DNA of 64,000 nucleotides from NCBI RefSeq assembly GCF_009914755.1, contig NC_060926.1; one strand, written 5' to 3'. Made by a program: the position numbers and the translations under genes. Every line of letters begins with the position of its first letter. Positions within the stretch are counted from its first letter, which is position 1. Below the pieces are notes generated by a model that saw only the letters and a list, made by a program, of their open reading frames with translations, was not told the DNA's origin and did not search any database. This stretch comes from the human T2T-CHM13v2.0 reference genome, Homo sapiens. Of this stretch, positions 1 through 16,076 are shown piece after piece.

Positions 1-1415
1 GTTTTGAGAGAAGGGATGTACAGGGATAGTAAGAAAGGCATCTTTGAGGTCTAATACAGAGGAGTGGCTAGTGTTGGGAGGAATTCGTGATAGGAGGGTG
101 TAGGGGTTTGGGACAACGGGACAAACAGGAATAATAGCGGAGTTGATTTGTCACAAATCCTGGACCAGTCTATAGGAGCTGTCTGGTTTTTTAACTGGAA
201 GAATAGGAGTATTGTGGGGAGAATGGGTGGGGATTAAAATACTGGCACCCAAAATCAGGATATGATGGGCTTGAGTCCCTGCAATCCATCAGGGTTGAGG
301 GGACAATGTTGGAAACACTATATAGTGCTTAGGATTCTTCAATGAAATTTGGGTTGGAGAATGGTGGGTAGCTATTATGGGGAAGTCAGCGTTCCATATG
401 ATGGGGTTTACATGGCTGAGAAATTTGAGATTTAAGTCTGTTTGATGTGGAGTGTCTGAGGAGGGCTTCTGTTCTTGACATAATAATAAATAAGGGTGTC
501 TTTGGTGTAGGGCCGATAAATGAATGATTCCCCCTGTTTGTGTAGAATATCCCTTCCTAATAAGGGAGTGGGACAGTGAGGAATGACCAAAATAGAGTGA
601 GTGAGGATGACTCCCTGAAATGAGCAGTATAGAGGCGGTGTTTTATATGGGGTTTCTTGTATGCCCTTCATACCAACACAGAAATGGATGAACGTTCTAA
701 CGGGCCTTGATAGTCAGTTAATACCAATAGGCTAGCCCCAGTATCCAAAAGAAAGGAAATAATCTTACCAGATACAGTCCCAATTACCCTCTGGGTTCTG
801 TGGACTCACTAGACATGGGGGCAAAGAATCCTGGGTACCTTCAGTCCTCTGCTGTCAGCACCAGCAGTGAAGAGATTTCCTCCTGTGGATGGCTGGGGGA
901 CTTCATTATGAGCCACACCGAATGGGGAAGGTGTCCCCATTGGGGGCAGTCCATTTTCCAGTGTCCCCAAAGACCACAAGTTGAGCATGGCTTGGTGGAG
1001 GGCTGGGGGTTAGGACAAGCCTTTGCCCAGTGTCCAGGGTTGCCACATCGGAAACAGACTCCCAAAAAGGTGGCAGAGTTTCCTTTTGGGTTATCGGGAG
1101 GCTTTTGTGTGATTGACTTTTGGACAGCAGAGGTGAGCATCTGGTATTTTAAATGGAGATGCTTGTCTTTTTGAATTTTTGGTTCCTCATCTCTGTTGTT
1201 AAAGACACAGAAGGCTGCATTTAGGAGGTCCCACCGAGATGTCTGGGGACCCTCTAGTTTTTGTAATTTTTTTTCTGGATATCTGGGAAATAAATTGGAG
1301 GTAGAAAAAGTTTGACCTTCTCTAGATTCTGGGTCCAAATTGGTATATTTTAGCATAGCTTCAGTGAGGCGTGATAAGAAGAGGGCAGGATTTTCCTGGG
1401 GCTCTTGTGTAATTT
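1..1415 (-). mobile_element. ERV1 (HERV-H/F-like) internal fragment: degenerate gag C-terminus, protease and RT N-terminus
   Basis: ORF 841-1356 has two CX2CX4HX4C knuckles (CFRCGNPGHWAKAC, CSTCGLWGHWKMDC). Minus strand ~725-775 reads VSGKIISFLLDTGASLLV (protease DTG). ORF 432-671 has PLLGRDIL. 160-232 reads PTHSPHNTPILPVKKPDSSYRLVQ and 1-60 reads SVLDLKDAFLTIPVHP (RT motifs). Confidence 0.93.
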
Positions 1416-1419
1416 AACT

Positions 1420-1738
1420 TTTTCTTTTTTTTCTTTCTTTTTTTTTTTTTTTTTGAGACAGAGTCTCACTCTGTTGCCCAGGCTAGAGTGCAGTGGCGTG
1501 ATCTCAGCTCACTGCAACCTATGCCTCCCGAGTTCAAATGATTCTCTTGCCTCAGCCTCCTGAGTACCTGGAATTACAGGTGCCCGCCACCATGCCCAGC
1601 TAATTTTTGTATTTTTAGTAGAGATGGGATTTTTTGCCATGTTGGCGAGGCTGGTCTCAAACTCCTGACCTCAAGTGATCCACCTGTCTCAGCCTCCCAA
1701 AATGCTGGGATTATAGGTGTGAGCCACTGCACCCAGCC
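1420..1738 (-). mobile_element. Alu (S-type) at the ERV/L1 junction
   Basis: Poly-T followed by reverse Alu consensus; no convincing TSD. Confidence 0.95.
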
Positions 1739-1900
1739 TCAAAAAACCAACTTTTTACCTCATTGATCTTTTGTATTGTCTTCTTCATTCCAATTTCATT
1801 TCTTCCTGTTCTGATCTTTATTGTTTCCTTTCTTGTACTAACTTTGGCTTTTGTTTGCTCTTGCTTTTCTTTAAGATGCATCACTAGGTTCTTTATTTGA

Positions 1901-2553
<653 letters not shown>

Positions 2554-3020
2554 TAGTGAAGGCACTTATAACTATAAAATTCCCTCTTGGTACTGCTTTT
2601 GCTGTATCCTATAGGTTTTGGTATGTTGTATTTCCACTATCATTTCTTTCAAGATATTTTTCAATTTCCTTCTTAATCACATCATTGATCCACTGGTCAT
2701 TCAGGAGCATATTGTTTAATTTCCATGTGTTTGTCTAGTTTCCAGAATTCCTCTTGTTATTGATTTCTAGTTTTATTCCCTTGGGGTCAAAGAAGATACT
2801 TGACATTACTTCAATTTCTTTGACTGCTTTAATTCTTGTTTTGTGGCCTAACATGTGATCTATCCTTGAGAATGATCCATGTGCTGAGGAGAAGAATATA
2901 TTCTGAAACTGTTGGATTAAATTCTCTATAAATATCTATTAGGTCCATTTGGTCTGTAGTGCAGATTAAGTGTGATGTTTCTTTGTTGATTTTCTCTTCA
3001 GATGATCTGTCCAATGCTGA

Positions 3021-3364
<344 letters not shown>

Positions 3365-3847
3365 TCCAGCTGTTATTGTATTGCAATCTATCACTGTCCT
3401 TAGCACTAATAATGTTTGGTTTATAGATCTGCATGCTGCAGTGTTGGGTACATATATATTTACAATTGCTATATCCTCTTGCTGAGTTGACCCCTTTATC
3501 ATTATATAGTGATGTTGTCTCTTTTTATAGTTTTTGTCTTGCAATCCGTCTTATCTAAGTATCACTACTCCTGCTCTTTTTTCAGTTCCATGCATATCTG
3601 TTTCCATCCTTTTATTTTCAGTCTATGTGTGTCTTTATAGGTGAATAGTGTTTTATGTAGGCAACAGACCATTTGGTCTTGTTTTTTAATCCATTCAGCC
3701 ACTCTATGTCTTTTGATTGGAGTGTTTAGTCTATTTACATTCAATGTTATTATTGATAAGTAAGGACATACTCCTGCCATTTTGTTGTGTTCTAGCTGCT
3801 TTTGGTTTTCTCTTCCTTCTTTCCCTCCTTCCTGTCTCCCCCACACC

Positions 3848-4135
3848 CTTTTTTGGAGACAGTCTTGCTCTGTTTTCCAGACTGGAGTGCAGTGGTGCAG
3901 TCATGGCTCACTGCAGCCTTGACCTCTTGGGCTCAAGTGACCCTCCTGTCTCAACCACCTGAGTAGCTGGGACTACAGGTGTGTGATATCACATCTGACT
4001 AATTTTTTTATTTTTCCGTAGAGATGGGCTCTTGCTTTGTTGTCCAGGCTAGTCTTGAACTCTTGGACTCAGGCAGTCCTCCCACTCTGGCCTCCAAAAT
4101 GCTGGAATTACAGGCATGAGCCAACACACCCAGCC
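3848..4135 (-). mobile_element. Old Alu (J-like) inside L1
   Basis: Reverse Alu with J-type ctgcagccttgacctcttgggctcaag. Confidence 0.9.
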
Positions 4136-7100
4136 CTGTCTTCCTTTTATTACCAGTGAGTTTTGTGCCTTCAGATGATTTTTTATTGCTCATTACTGTT
4201 CTTTTCTTTCAACAAAAGGGATTGATGAACTCTCTTTAGCATTTCTTGTAGGACTGGTCTGATGTTGATGAAATACCTCAGCTTTTCTTTGTCTGGGAAA
4301 GTCTTTATTTCTCCTTCGTGTTTGAAGGATATTTTCACCAGATTTACTATTCTAGGGTAAAAGGTTGTTTTTTTGTTTTGTTTTGTTTTTTTCTTCAGTA
4401 CTTTAAATATACCATGCCACTCTCTCCTGGCCTGTAAGGTTTCCACTGAAAAGTCTGCTGCCGGACATGTTGGAGATTCATTGTATGTTGTTTGTTTTCT
4501 TTTATCTTGCTGTTTTTAGGATCATTTCTTTATCCTTGATCTTTGGGAGTTTGATTATTAAATGCCTTGAGGTAGTCTACTTTGGGTTAAATCTTCTTAG
4601 TGTTCTATAACCTTCTTATACTTGAATATTGATATCTTTCTCTAGTTTTGGGAATTTCTCTGTTATTATCCCTTTGAATAAGCTTTCTACTCCTATCTCT
4701 CTCTCTACCTCCTCTTTAAGGACAATAACTCTGACATTTGCCCTTTTGAGGCTATTTTCTAGATCTTTAAGGCATTCTTCATTCTGTTTCGTTCTTTTTT
4801 CTTTTGTCTCCTCTGACTGTATTTTCAAATAGCTTGTATTCAAGCTCACGAATTCTTTCTTCTGCTTTATCAGTTCTGCTATTAAGAGACTCTGATACCT
4901 TCTTCAGTATGTCAACTGTATTTTTCAACTCCAGAATTTCTGCTTCTTTTTAATTGTTTCAACTTCTCTGTTAAATTTATCTGATAGGATTCTGAATTCA
5001 TTTTCTGTGTTATCCTGAATTTCTTTGAGTTTCCTAAAAAATGGCTATTTTGAATTATCTGTCTGAAAGCTTACATATGTCTGTCTTTCCGGGATTGGTC
5101 TATGGTGCCTTTTTAGTTCGTTTAGTGAGGTCATGTTTTCCTGGATGGTCTTGATGCTTATGGATGTTCATCAGTGTCTAGGCATTGAATAGTTAGGTAT
5201 TTATTGTAGTCTTCGCATTCTGGGTTTGTTTGTACCTGTCCTTCTTGGGGAGGCTTTCCAGGTATTTGATGAGACTTAGGTGTTGTGATCTATGTTTTTG
5301 GTCACTGCAGCTGTAGCTGCATTAGGTACTACTCCAAGCCCAGTAACACTGTGGTTCTTGCAGACTCGTAGAGGATCTAAGATCTGGAGGAATTCCCTGG
5401 ATTACCAGGTAGAGACTCTTGTTCCCTTCCCTTACTTTTTCCCAAACAAACAAAGTCTCTCACTCTGTGTTGAGATGCCTGGAGCTGGGGAAAGGTAACA
5501 CAAACACCCCTGTGGCCACCACCACTGGGAGTGTACTGGGTCAGACCTGAAGCCGGCACAGCACTGGTTCTTGCCCGATGCCTGCTATAACTGCTACCTA
5601 GCTACCATCTGTGTTCACTCAAGGCCCTAGGGCTCTATGATCAGCAGGTGGCAATGCAAGCCAGGCTTGTGTCCTTACCTTGAGATTGCAAATTCCCCCA
5701 GGCCCCAGGTGAGTCCTGGGATCCAGGGTCTGGAAGCAGAAACCATAGAAATCTACTGTTGCTCTATACTACTGCAGCTGAGCTGGTGCCAAAACCACCA
5801 AACAAAGTCCTTCCCACTCTTCCCCAGGCAGAGGAGTCTCTTCTTATGTCCACCACCACCACAGGCCCACAGAGGGTACTGCCGTTGATGTTTATTTAAG
5901 GCCCAAGGGCTCTTCAGTTAGCTTGTGGTGAATGCTGCCAGCCCTGGAACTCATCCTTCAGGAAGTGGGCTCCCCTCTGGCCCAGGGTAGGTCCAGAGAT
6001 GCCATCTCAAGCCAAGGCCTAGAATCAGGGACCCCAAGAGCCTGCTTGGTGCTCTTCCCCATTGTAGCTGAACTGGTACCTAAGTTCAAGAGAAAGTCCC
6101 CTTTACTCTTCCCTCTGCTTTTCTCAAGCAGTAGGGGGCCCTCCTCATAGCCACCACAGCTGTGAATGTCCTGGTCACAGCTGAAACCAGCATGTCTCAG
6201 AGTCTCACTCAAGGCCCATGGCTGTACTACCTGGTTACCACTGCTGATTATTCAGATTCCAAGGGCTCTTTCATCAGCAGATGATGAATCCTGCCAAGAC
6301 TGGGTCCTTCCCTTCAAGGCAGTGAGTTCCCTTCTGGCCCAGGGTGTGTCTAGAAATGTCATCCGGGAGCTAGGGCCTGGAATGAGGGCCTCATGACTCT
6401 GCCTGGTGCCCTATCCTACTGTGGCTGAGCTGGTATCCAAGTTGCAAGACAAAGTCCTTTTTAGTCTTTCCTCTCCTCTCCTCAAGCAGAACAAAGGGGT
6501 CTTTTTTGGAGTTGTGAGTTGTGCTGCCTGGGGTTGGGGGAGGGGTGATGCAAGCACTCCCTTAGCTGCACCATCTGGTGTCTCACTAGGCTGTGTGTCC
6601 CCCATGTCCACTGGCTCTCAGCCCAGCACAGCAGTAGGACTTGCCTAGGAGTTACAGTCCTTGTAACCTAGACTGCCTTTAAGTTTATTTAGGATCCCAT
6701 AGCACTTCAGCCCGCAGTGGCAAGGCTTGCTGAGTCTCAAGTTCCAACTGCTGGGATGAGTGATTCCCCTCTGGTCAAGGCTTGTTTAATTGCTCCCTCC
6801 ATGGTTGCCAGCTGAGTTCTGCCCAGTGTTGGCAGCACTGCGTGCCAGTGCAAAGTCCCACAATCACTGTGTTCTCTCCCCTCCAAGGGCACAGATTGTC
6901 TCTCCATGCTACATGGCCAGCTATTTCTGGGGGCACTGGCCAGGGGGGTTGTTGGCAATTCAAGACTGTCTTTCCTACCCTTTTCCTTGCCTCTTTCAGT
7001 GATACGAGGTTAGAACCAGGTACTGTGATTGCTCACCTGATTCCTGATTTTTGCTTCTTATGGGGGATACTTCTCTGTGTAGATAGTTGCAGAATTTGGC

Positions 7101-7160
7101 ATTCCTGTGGAGAGAATGATGGGTGGAGGCTTCTATTTGGCCATCATGCTCCACCTCCCC

Positions 7161-7853
7161 AACCAACATCTGACTACAACCTCCTGAGTGACCTCAAGGA
7201 AGGCCTGCCCAGCTAAGCCCTTTGTGAATTCCTGACCTACAAAACCACGAGAAAAAAAAGAAAACAAAAACAAAAACAAAAAAAAAACAAAGCACCCTTG
7301 CTTTTTTGAAGCTGCTAAATTTGGAGGTAATTTGTTACACAATAGTAACTGGAAGAGAAATTTGGTACCCAGAGTGGGTACATCAAAGACTCAAAACAGG
7401 CTGGGCATGGTGACTCACGCCTGTAATCCCAACACTTTGGGAGGCCAAGGTTAGTGGACTGCTTGAGCCCAGGAGTTTGAGACTTGCCTAGGCAACACAG
7501 TGAGACCCCCATCTCTATAAAACTAAAAACATCAGCCAGCATGGTGGTGCATGCTGTGTTCCTAGCTACTGAGGAGGCTGAGATGGGAGGTTTGCTTGAA
7601 CCCAGGAGGTTGAGACTATAGGTAGCCATGATCACACCACTGCACTCTAGCTTGGGCAGCAGAATGAGATCTTGCCTAAAAAACAAAACAAAACAAAAAA
7701 AACCCAACCCAAAACATATGGTATTGTCTTTGGGACTGGGCATCAGGCAAAGGCTGGAATGGCCTTGAGAAGACTGTTAGTGGAACCTCGACGGGCCTCG
7801 AGGTTGTTGATGAGTGCTTAAAAAGAGAGACGAAAATGTTATTGAAAGATTGA
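7161..7853 (+). mobile_element. MLT1 (MaLR) LTR 3' part plus internal sequence, interrupted by an Alu (~7398-7715)
   Basis: MLT1-type end (gctaaatttggaggtaatttgttacacaatag) followed by int-like tttggtacccagagtggg. Confidence 0.65.
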
Positions 7854-8327
7854 GGCCGGGCGCGGTGGCTCACACCTGTAATCCCAGCACTTTGGGAGGC
7901 TGAGGTGGGTGGATCACAAGGTCAGGAGTTTGAGAGCAGCCTGACCAACATGGTGAAACCCCATCTCTACTAAAAATACAAAAATTAGCCGGGCGTGGTG
8001 GTGGGTGCCTGTAATTCCAGCTACTTGGGAGGCTGAGGCAGGAGAATTACTTGAACCTGGGAGGCAGAGGTTGCAGCAAGCTGAGATTGCAATCTTAGCT
8101 CATTGCAACCTCCGCCTCCCAGGTTCAAGAGATTCTTCGGCCTCAGCCTCCCAAGTAGCTGGGACTACAGGCACCCACCACCATGGCCAGCTAATTTTTG
8201 TATTTTTAGTACAGACAGGGTTTCACCATACTGGCCAGGCTGGTCTTGAACTCCTGACCTCAAGTGATCCACCCGCCTTGGCCTCCCAAAGTGCTGGGAT
8301 TACAGGCGTGAGCCACCGCACCCAGCC
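7854..8327. mobile_element. Two Alus fused in inverted orientation with no spacer (7854-8089 +, 8090-8327 -)
   Basis: Junction agctgagattg|caatcttagct; neither Alu has its 3' end or A-tail. Confidence 0.93.
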
Positions 8328-8460
8328 CATTTTCAATTCTTTTGGGTATATACCTAGGAGTGGAATTTCTGGGTCATATGATAATTCTATGTGTAGTGTT
8401 TTGAAGAACCACTAAACTGTTTTCCATAGTGACTACACCATTTTTCATTCCCACCAACTG
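8328..8460 (-). mobile_element. L1M 3'-region fragment
   Basis: tttgggtatatacctaggagtggaatttctgggtcatatg...ttcccaccaac is typical reverse L1 3' sequence. Confidence 0.8.
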
Positions 8461-8667
8461 GCTTCTGTATTTTTTTCTTTTACTCTCAGTACACACCAGA
8501 GATTTCTGTATTTTTGATACAAAATTTTATGTACACCTACTTGTTAAATATTATAATTCATATTAAGTTAATTAATGTAAATCAATATTATAATTTCCAC
8601 AATGAAATACTATATTAAAATATATTTTAAATTCATACTAAAAGTTTTTAGATAAATATGGTATTGA

Positions 8668-9060
8668 GACTGGGCATGGTTACTCACGTCTGTAATCCCA
8701 GCACTTGGGAAGCCAAGACAGGCAGATAACTTGAGCTCCCGAGTTATCTGCCCACCAGGCTGGGCAACGTGGAGAAACCCCAGCTCTACCAAAAAAATAC
8801 AAAAATTAGCCAGACATGGTGGCATGCACCTGTAGTCCCAGCTACTTGGGAGGCTGAGGTGGAAGGATTGCTTGAGCCTGGGAGGTGGAGGTTTCAGTAT
8901 CTAAAAAGCCAAGTGGCTGAATGCAGTGGCTCATGTCTGTAATGCCAGTACTTTGAGAGGCCAAGGCAGGAGGATTGCTTGAGGCCAAGAGTTGGAGACC
9001 AGCCTGGACAAGATTCTCTCAACAAAATAATTTTTTAAAATAAAAATAAATAAGAAATAA
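8668..9060 (+). mobile_element. Truncated Alu plus Alu monomer
   Basis: Alu consensus segments. Confidence 0.85.
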
Positions 9061-9286
9061 AAGCCAAGAGGTACAATGTTCAGGAGAAGAATAAAAATAC
9101 TTGCAGAAATATATAAAAATTATAGGAAACAACTATAAGTTTGGCTAGAAATACAGTATTTTGGCTACTGAAAATGACTGAGTCCTCTAATGTTGATATT
9201 ATCAGAACAGAGTTGTTATCAAAGTCAGCTAACTAAAGGATCTGCTTCAAAACATTAAAGAGAAATTTTACAAGTTTCAGTAACTA

Positions 9287-9675
<389 letters not shown>

Positions 9676-10268
9676 CTACTTTGTCATAAAGTAAAAATGA
9701 TCTGAATAGAGCACATACTTGAATAGATCACAAAGGAAAAGATTTAGATTTTAGGGAATCTACTTCACACAATGGACATTTCTAGAGTTTTCTTGTTTTC
9801 TTTTCTTTTTTTGTTTCAGAAATGGGGCAGTGGGGAGGGGGCATCTCACTAAGTTGCCCAGGCTGGTCTTGAACTCCTGGCCTCAAGGGATCCTCTGCAT
9901 TGCTGAGATTATAGGCATGAGCCACTGCACCTGACAAAACATTTTTCTTCAATATTCTAATGGCAAATGAATTCATTGTGACTGCTCATGTATTCCAAAA
10001 AAAATTGTCCTTATTTTTCATGCATACTTTTCTGCAGCAATGCAATAAAATCAAACTTTTGCAACTAAAGAAAAAAAAAAGTTTCCAAAGATTGGAAACA
10101 GTTAAACAGAATTTGTGACCGTGAAAATTTTGTTTTATTGTGAGGCTTTCTTTTTTGTCTTCTTCTGAGACAGAGTCTTTCTCTGTCACCCAGGCTGAAT
10201 GCAGTGATGCAATCAATCATAGCTCACTGCATCTGTGGCCTCAAACTCCTGGGCTCAAGTGATCCTCC

Positions 10269-11277
10269 TGTTACAGGATCTTTGGGGTGTCACTTTTGAC
10301 TGGAAACCTCTGTGGCCGGTGGCACCTTTGCCCGAGTTCTCGTTCTGCATCCAGGAAGAATGAGATACGCAGACAAGCAGAGGGTGAGCACGACAAAGAG
10401 GAGCTTTATTGACTGTTAGAACAGCCTGAAGGAGCCCCGCAGCGGGTAGCTCCTCTCTGTAAGCAAGTCGTCCTGTTGAGTGTTCATCTCTCAGCAGAAA
10501 GGAAGCCCTGGTGACTCCTCTCTGCAGGGGGATTGTCCCAGTGTCTGCCCAGCTCCTAGCAGAGAAGAGGCCCTGGAGTGGGTTGCTCCTCTCTGCAACC
10601 GGTAGTCCCAAGGTCTCTGCAGGTCTCTGAAACTCTCAGCAGAGAGGGTAGCTCCTCTCTGCGGCTTGTTTTCCCATCTGCTCAGCTCTGGTTGAGCCAA
10701 GGTTTTTATTGGCCTTAAAGGGGAGGAAGTGCATGCTGATTGGTCCCGGGGCAGCCATGGGCAGCCCGGAGAAAGCATCACAAGTTCCCACTCCAGTGCT
10801 CCGGCACTGGCAGCCTGGCCCCCAACCTTCAGGCCCTCCCTGGCCTGAAGGTAGGGCCTCACCAGGGACCCGTCCTCTTTTGCCCAGGAATCTGTCTGCC
10901 TTCTGCTGCCGTTCATGGCACCAGGGCTCAGCCCCGACTTTGCTCTGAGATTGGAGCAGGCACCAGGAACAGGGAGAGGCCAGGCACTGGGAGCAGGCAC
11001 TTCTGGGCCTGTGAGGGGAGGAGGGCCTTCCCGGGCCCCCAAGAGTGCAGGGATGCCTGAGTCTGCAGCCGCGGTTTGGGCAGCCGCCGCTGGGCGGGGA
11101 AGGGGCCGGTGAGGTTCCTGCCTGCTCCGTGGAGCGGGAGGCCCGGGTTGGCAGCCACGGTTTGGGCAGCTGCAGCGGCACCGGGGAGCTGCTCCTGCCC
11201 CAGCTCAGAAGGGGCAGGGCTCCTGCTGGTCCCCGGCTCCTGGCAGCGGCAGGCCGTCTGGAGCGGCCACTGCATCA
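10269..11277 (-). mobile_element. ERV1 solo LTR (MER52-like) inserted into an Alu monomer
   Basis: TG...CA ends; 4-bp TSD ctcc (10265-10268 / 11278-11281); GC-rich; minus-strand AATAAA near 10406; Alu sequence resumes after it. Confidence 0.85.
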
Positions 11278-11584
11278 CTCCCACCTCAGCCTCCCAAGCA
11301 GCTGGAATTTCAGGAGTGAGCCACTGCACCTGGCTCATGTGATGCTTTTCTAAAATGAAACTGTCTTTTGAAAATATTCAGATTGACAGTTTAATAAATG
11401 ATGCTTTGCAGAATACCATAAAATAAGTGAAACAAAAATAGATTATTTTGAGTGATTTTAGATATTACATGTTAGGCAAAAAATATTTTACATCTTAGGG
11501 GATCACAAGAAATTACTGGAGGCCCAAATGGTGGCATGTTATTAACTTTAGGTGAATTTATAGCTAACCATAAAAAAAGGGAAC

Positions 11585-14040
<2,456 letters not shown>

Positions 14041-15579
14041 CACATTTTGTTCCTCTTGCCTCAGGCTCCAGCATCACTCTCCTGCACGGGAGGGCACTGG
14101 TTGGAAGGTGTGTGAGGGAACCTTCTGATGGCCACGCTCAGGACCTTGAGAAGGGTTTGAGGCACAAAACAGCACACACTTGTCAAAACTCAGCAGGTAT
14201 TCACTCGTGAGCAGGGCATTGCACTGAACGCCAAGCTTTCCATCCAAAGGAAAACCCGGTGGCAAATGGACTGTAACGATGTGCGCACTGGAGTGTTAGG
14301 GAAGCCGCCTGAGGTCTATAATTTACTTGGAAATGCATAAAAAATAAAACGGATCAAAGCAGGGAGGATTAACTAGATGTGACAAAGTCCAGTAACATGT
14401 GAATGGCACACTCAGGTGGTGGGTGTATATCCAGACGCGCAATGTAAAATTCCCGCATCGCTGCTGAGAGCCGGCAAATGTCCGTCGCCAGGTGTTGGGG
14501 GCGAAGGGAGGTCTAGGCCTCTGCTCCTCTGCTTCAGATGCCGGCAGGCCCCGGAGGAGCGCCCGCGACCCCTCGGAGGCTCTCCAGGTGGGCGGCTGGG
14601 GTAAAACACAGTATCCTGAGGGAGAAGTGGCCAAGCCTTACGGGGGATGGATCAAGTTGTGGAAAGAAGGGGCAGAGAGCAGAATGTGGCACTGGGCGAG
14701 GGGAGACACGGAGCGTCCTCAAAACAGGGGGTGCCTGGCCCAGGACTTCCTCACCCACCCCCGCCCCCCACCGAGTCTGTCCTCCTTTCCCCTCCACTCT
14801 GTCAAGCACAAGGCAAGGCCAAGGCTGACAGATTGGCCGGTGAATAAATTGAAGACCTTTTCAGATTTAGTTTATTACTTGCACAGACAACCAAAGAAAG
14901 AATGGCCAAAGGTGCCCAGTCCCCATGGACCTTGCGCAGGGCAATGCCCAAAAGTGACCACATGACGGCCACATGGATGACAGGACACGGGGCTGCAAAG
15001 AGCTGCAGCCACGCTAAGTGCCCAAGGTGACCTCAGCGGAGCCTGGGAGGCATCAGGAGCCGCAGGGAGGCGAGAGGGCCCGGCTGTGCCCAGGAGCATG
15101 GCGATGCCCTCTGCTGAGAGCCGGGTGCAGCTGTGGCCCATGTGGATACGTGCAAGAGCACCAGGGCAGAGCTCTCCCCTGACTCGTCCCTGGGCTTTTC
15201 CCTCAGGTTCCTCCACTCCCAAGACGACACCATCAGGGACTCTGGAAACAAACAGATTGGGGGTCCCCTCTAGCTTTGAGGAAAACACAAATAAGTCACT
15301 CATAAGCTTAAGAAAAGATGCTCTGTGTCACTCAGGAAATGGGATTTAAAAATCGTCAGACAGCTTGGAAAGGCTTAAGAGAAGGAGGGGCGTCGCAGAG
15401 GCCCTCTCAGGGTGCAGCTCTGTCAAGGGGTAACAAGTGCAGTTTCAGTTTTTAAAATCACAGTGAAACACCAGAGTAAGGACAGAGTGAAGAGAGCGCT
15501 GCCCTCCCTGATGAGACCAGACCCACTCCTGGAGGGTAGGGACAGTGGCAAGAACACAGACACAGGTGGCTGCGTGGGG

Positions 15580-16076
15580 GCTGTGGTGGGCAGCCTGTGA
15601 GATGGCCCTCAACGCCCCCAACTCCTGGTCTGTCTGTCCTGTGGAACCTCCTCCCCGGGGCTGAACCTACACAAACAGAACACAGCAGAAACAGGGGAGA
15701 ATTCCCTTCGGCTGCAGGAGCCCGCCTTCGCGGCTTGCTCAGCTATGCGGGAGCTGTGCCAAGGAAAGGTCCGTGCAGCAGAGAACTGAGCGAGGCCTCC
15801 AGCCAAACAGCAGAAAAGATCGAGGCCCTCACTCTAATAGCCCATGAGGAACTGAATCCTGCCCACAGGCGCGGGGCCAGCAGAGAAGCCGAGCCTCCCC
15901 GCATGGAGCGTGCAATCTACTCACAGTCCGGCCGGGCCCTGACTGAGGCCTCGGGAGGGACCTTGAGGCAGAGGCTCCTTCCCCGGGCCTGGATGTCTGA
16001 CCCACAGACACTGTGCAGCTACGTTTGTTTGAAGGCACTAAACTGCGGGCAATTTGTTACACAGCAATCGACAACT
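15580..16076 (+). mobile_element. MLT1-type LTR
   Basis: Degenerate MLT1 body ending ggcaatttgttacacagcaatcgacaac. Confidence 0.7.

Noticed and set aside
10255-11353. Cluster of overlapping 100-180 aa ORFs
   Set aside because: All lie within the GC-rich solo LTR.
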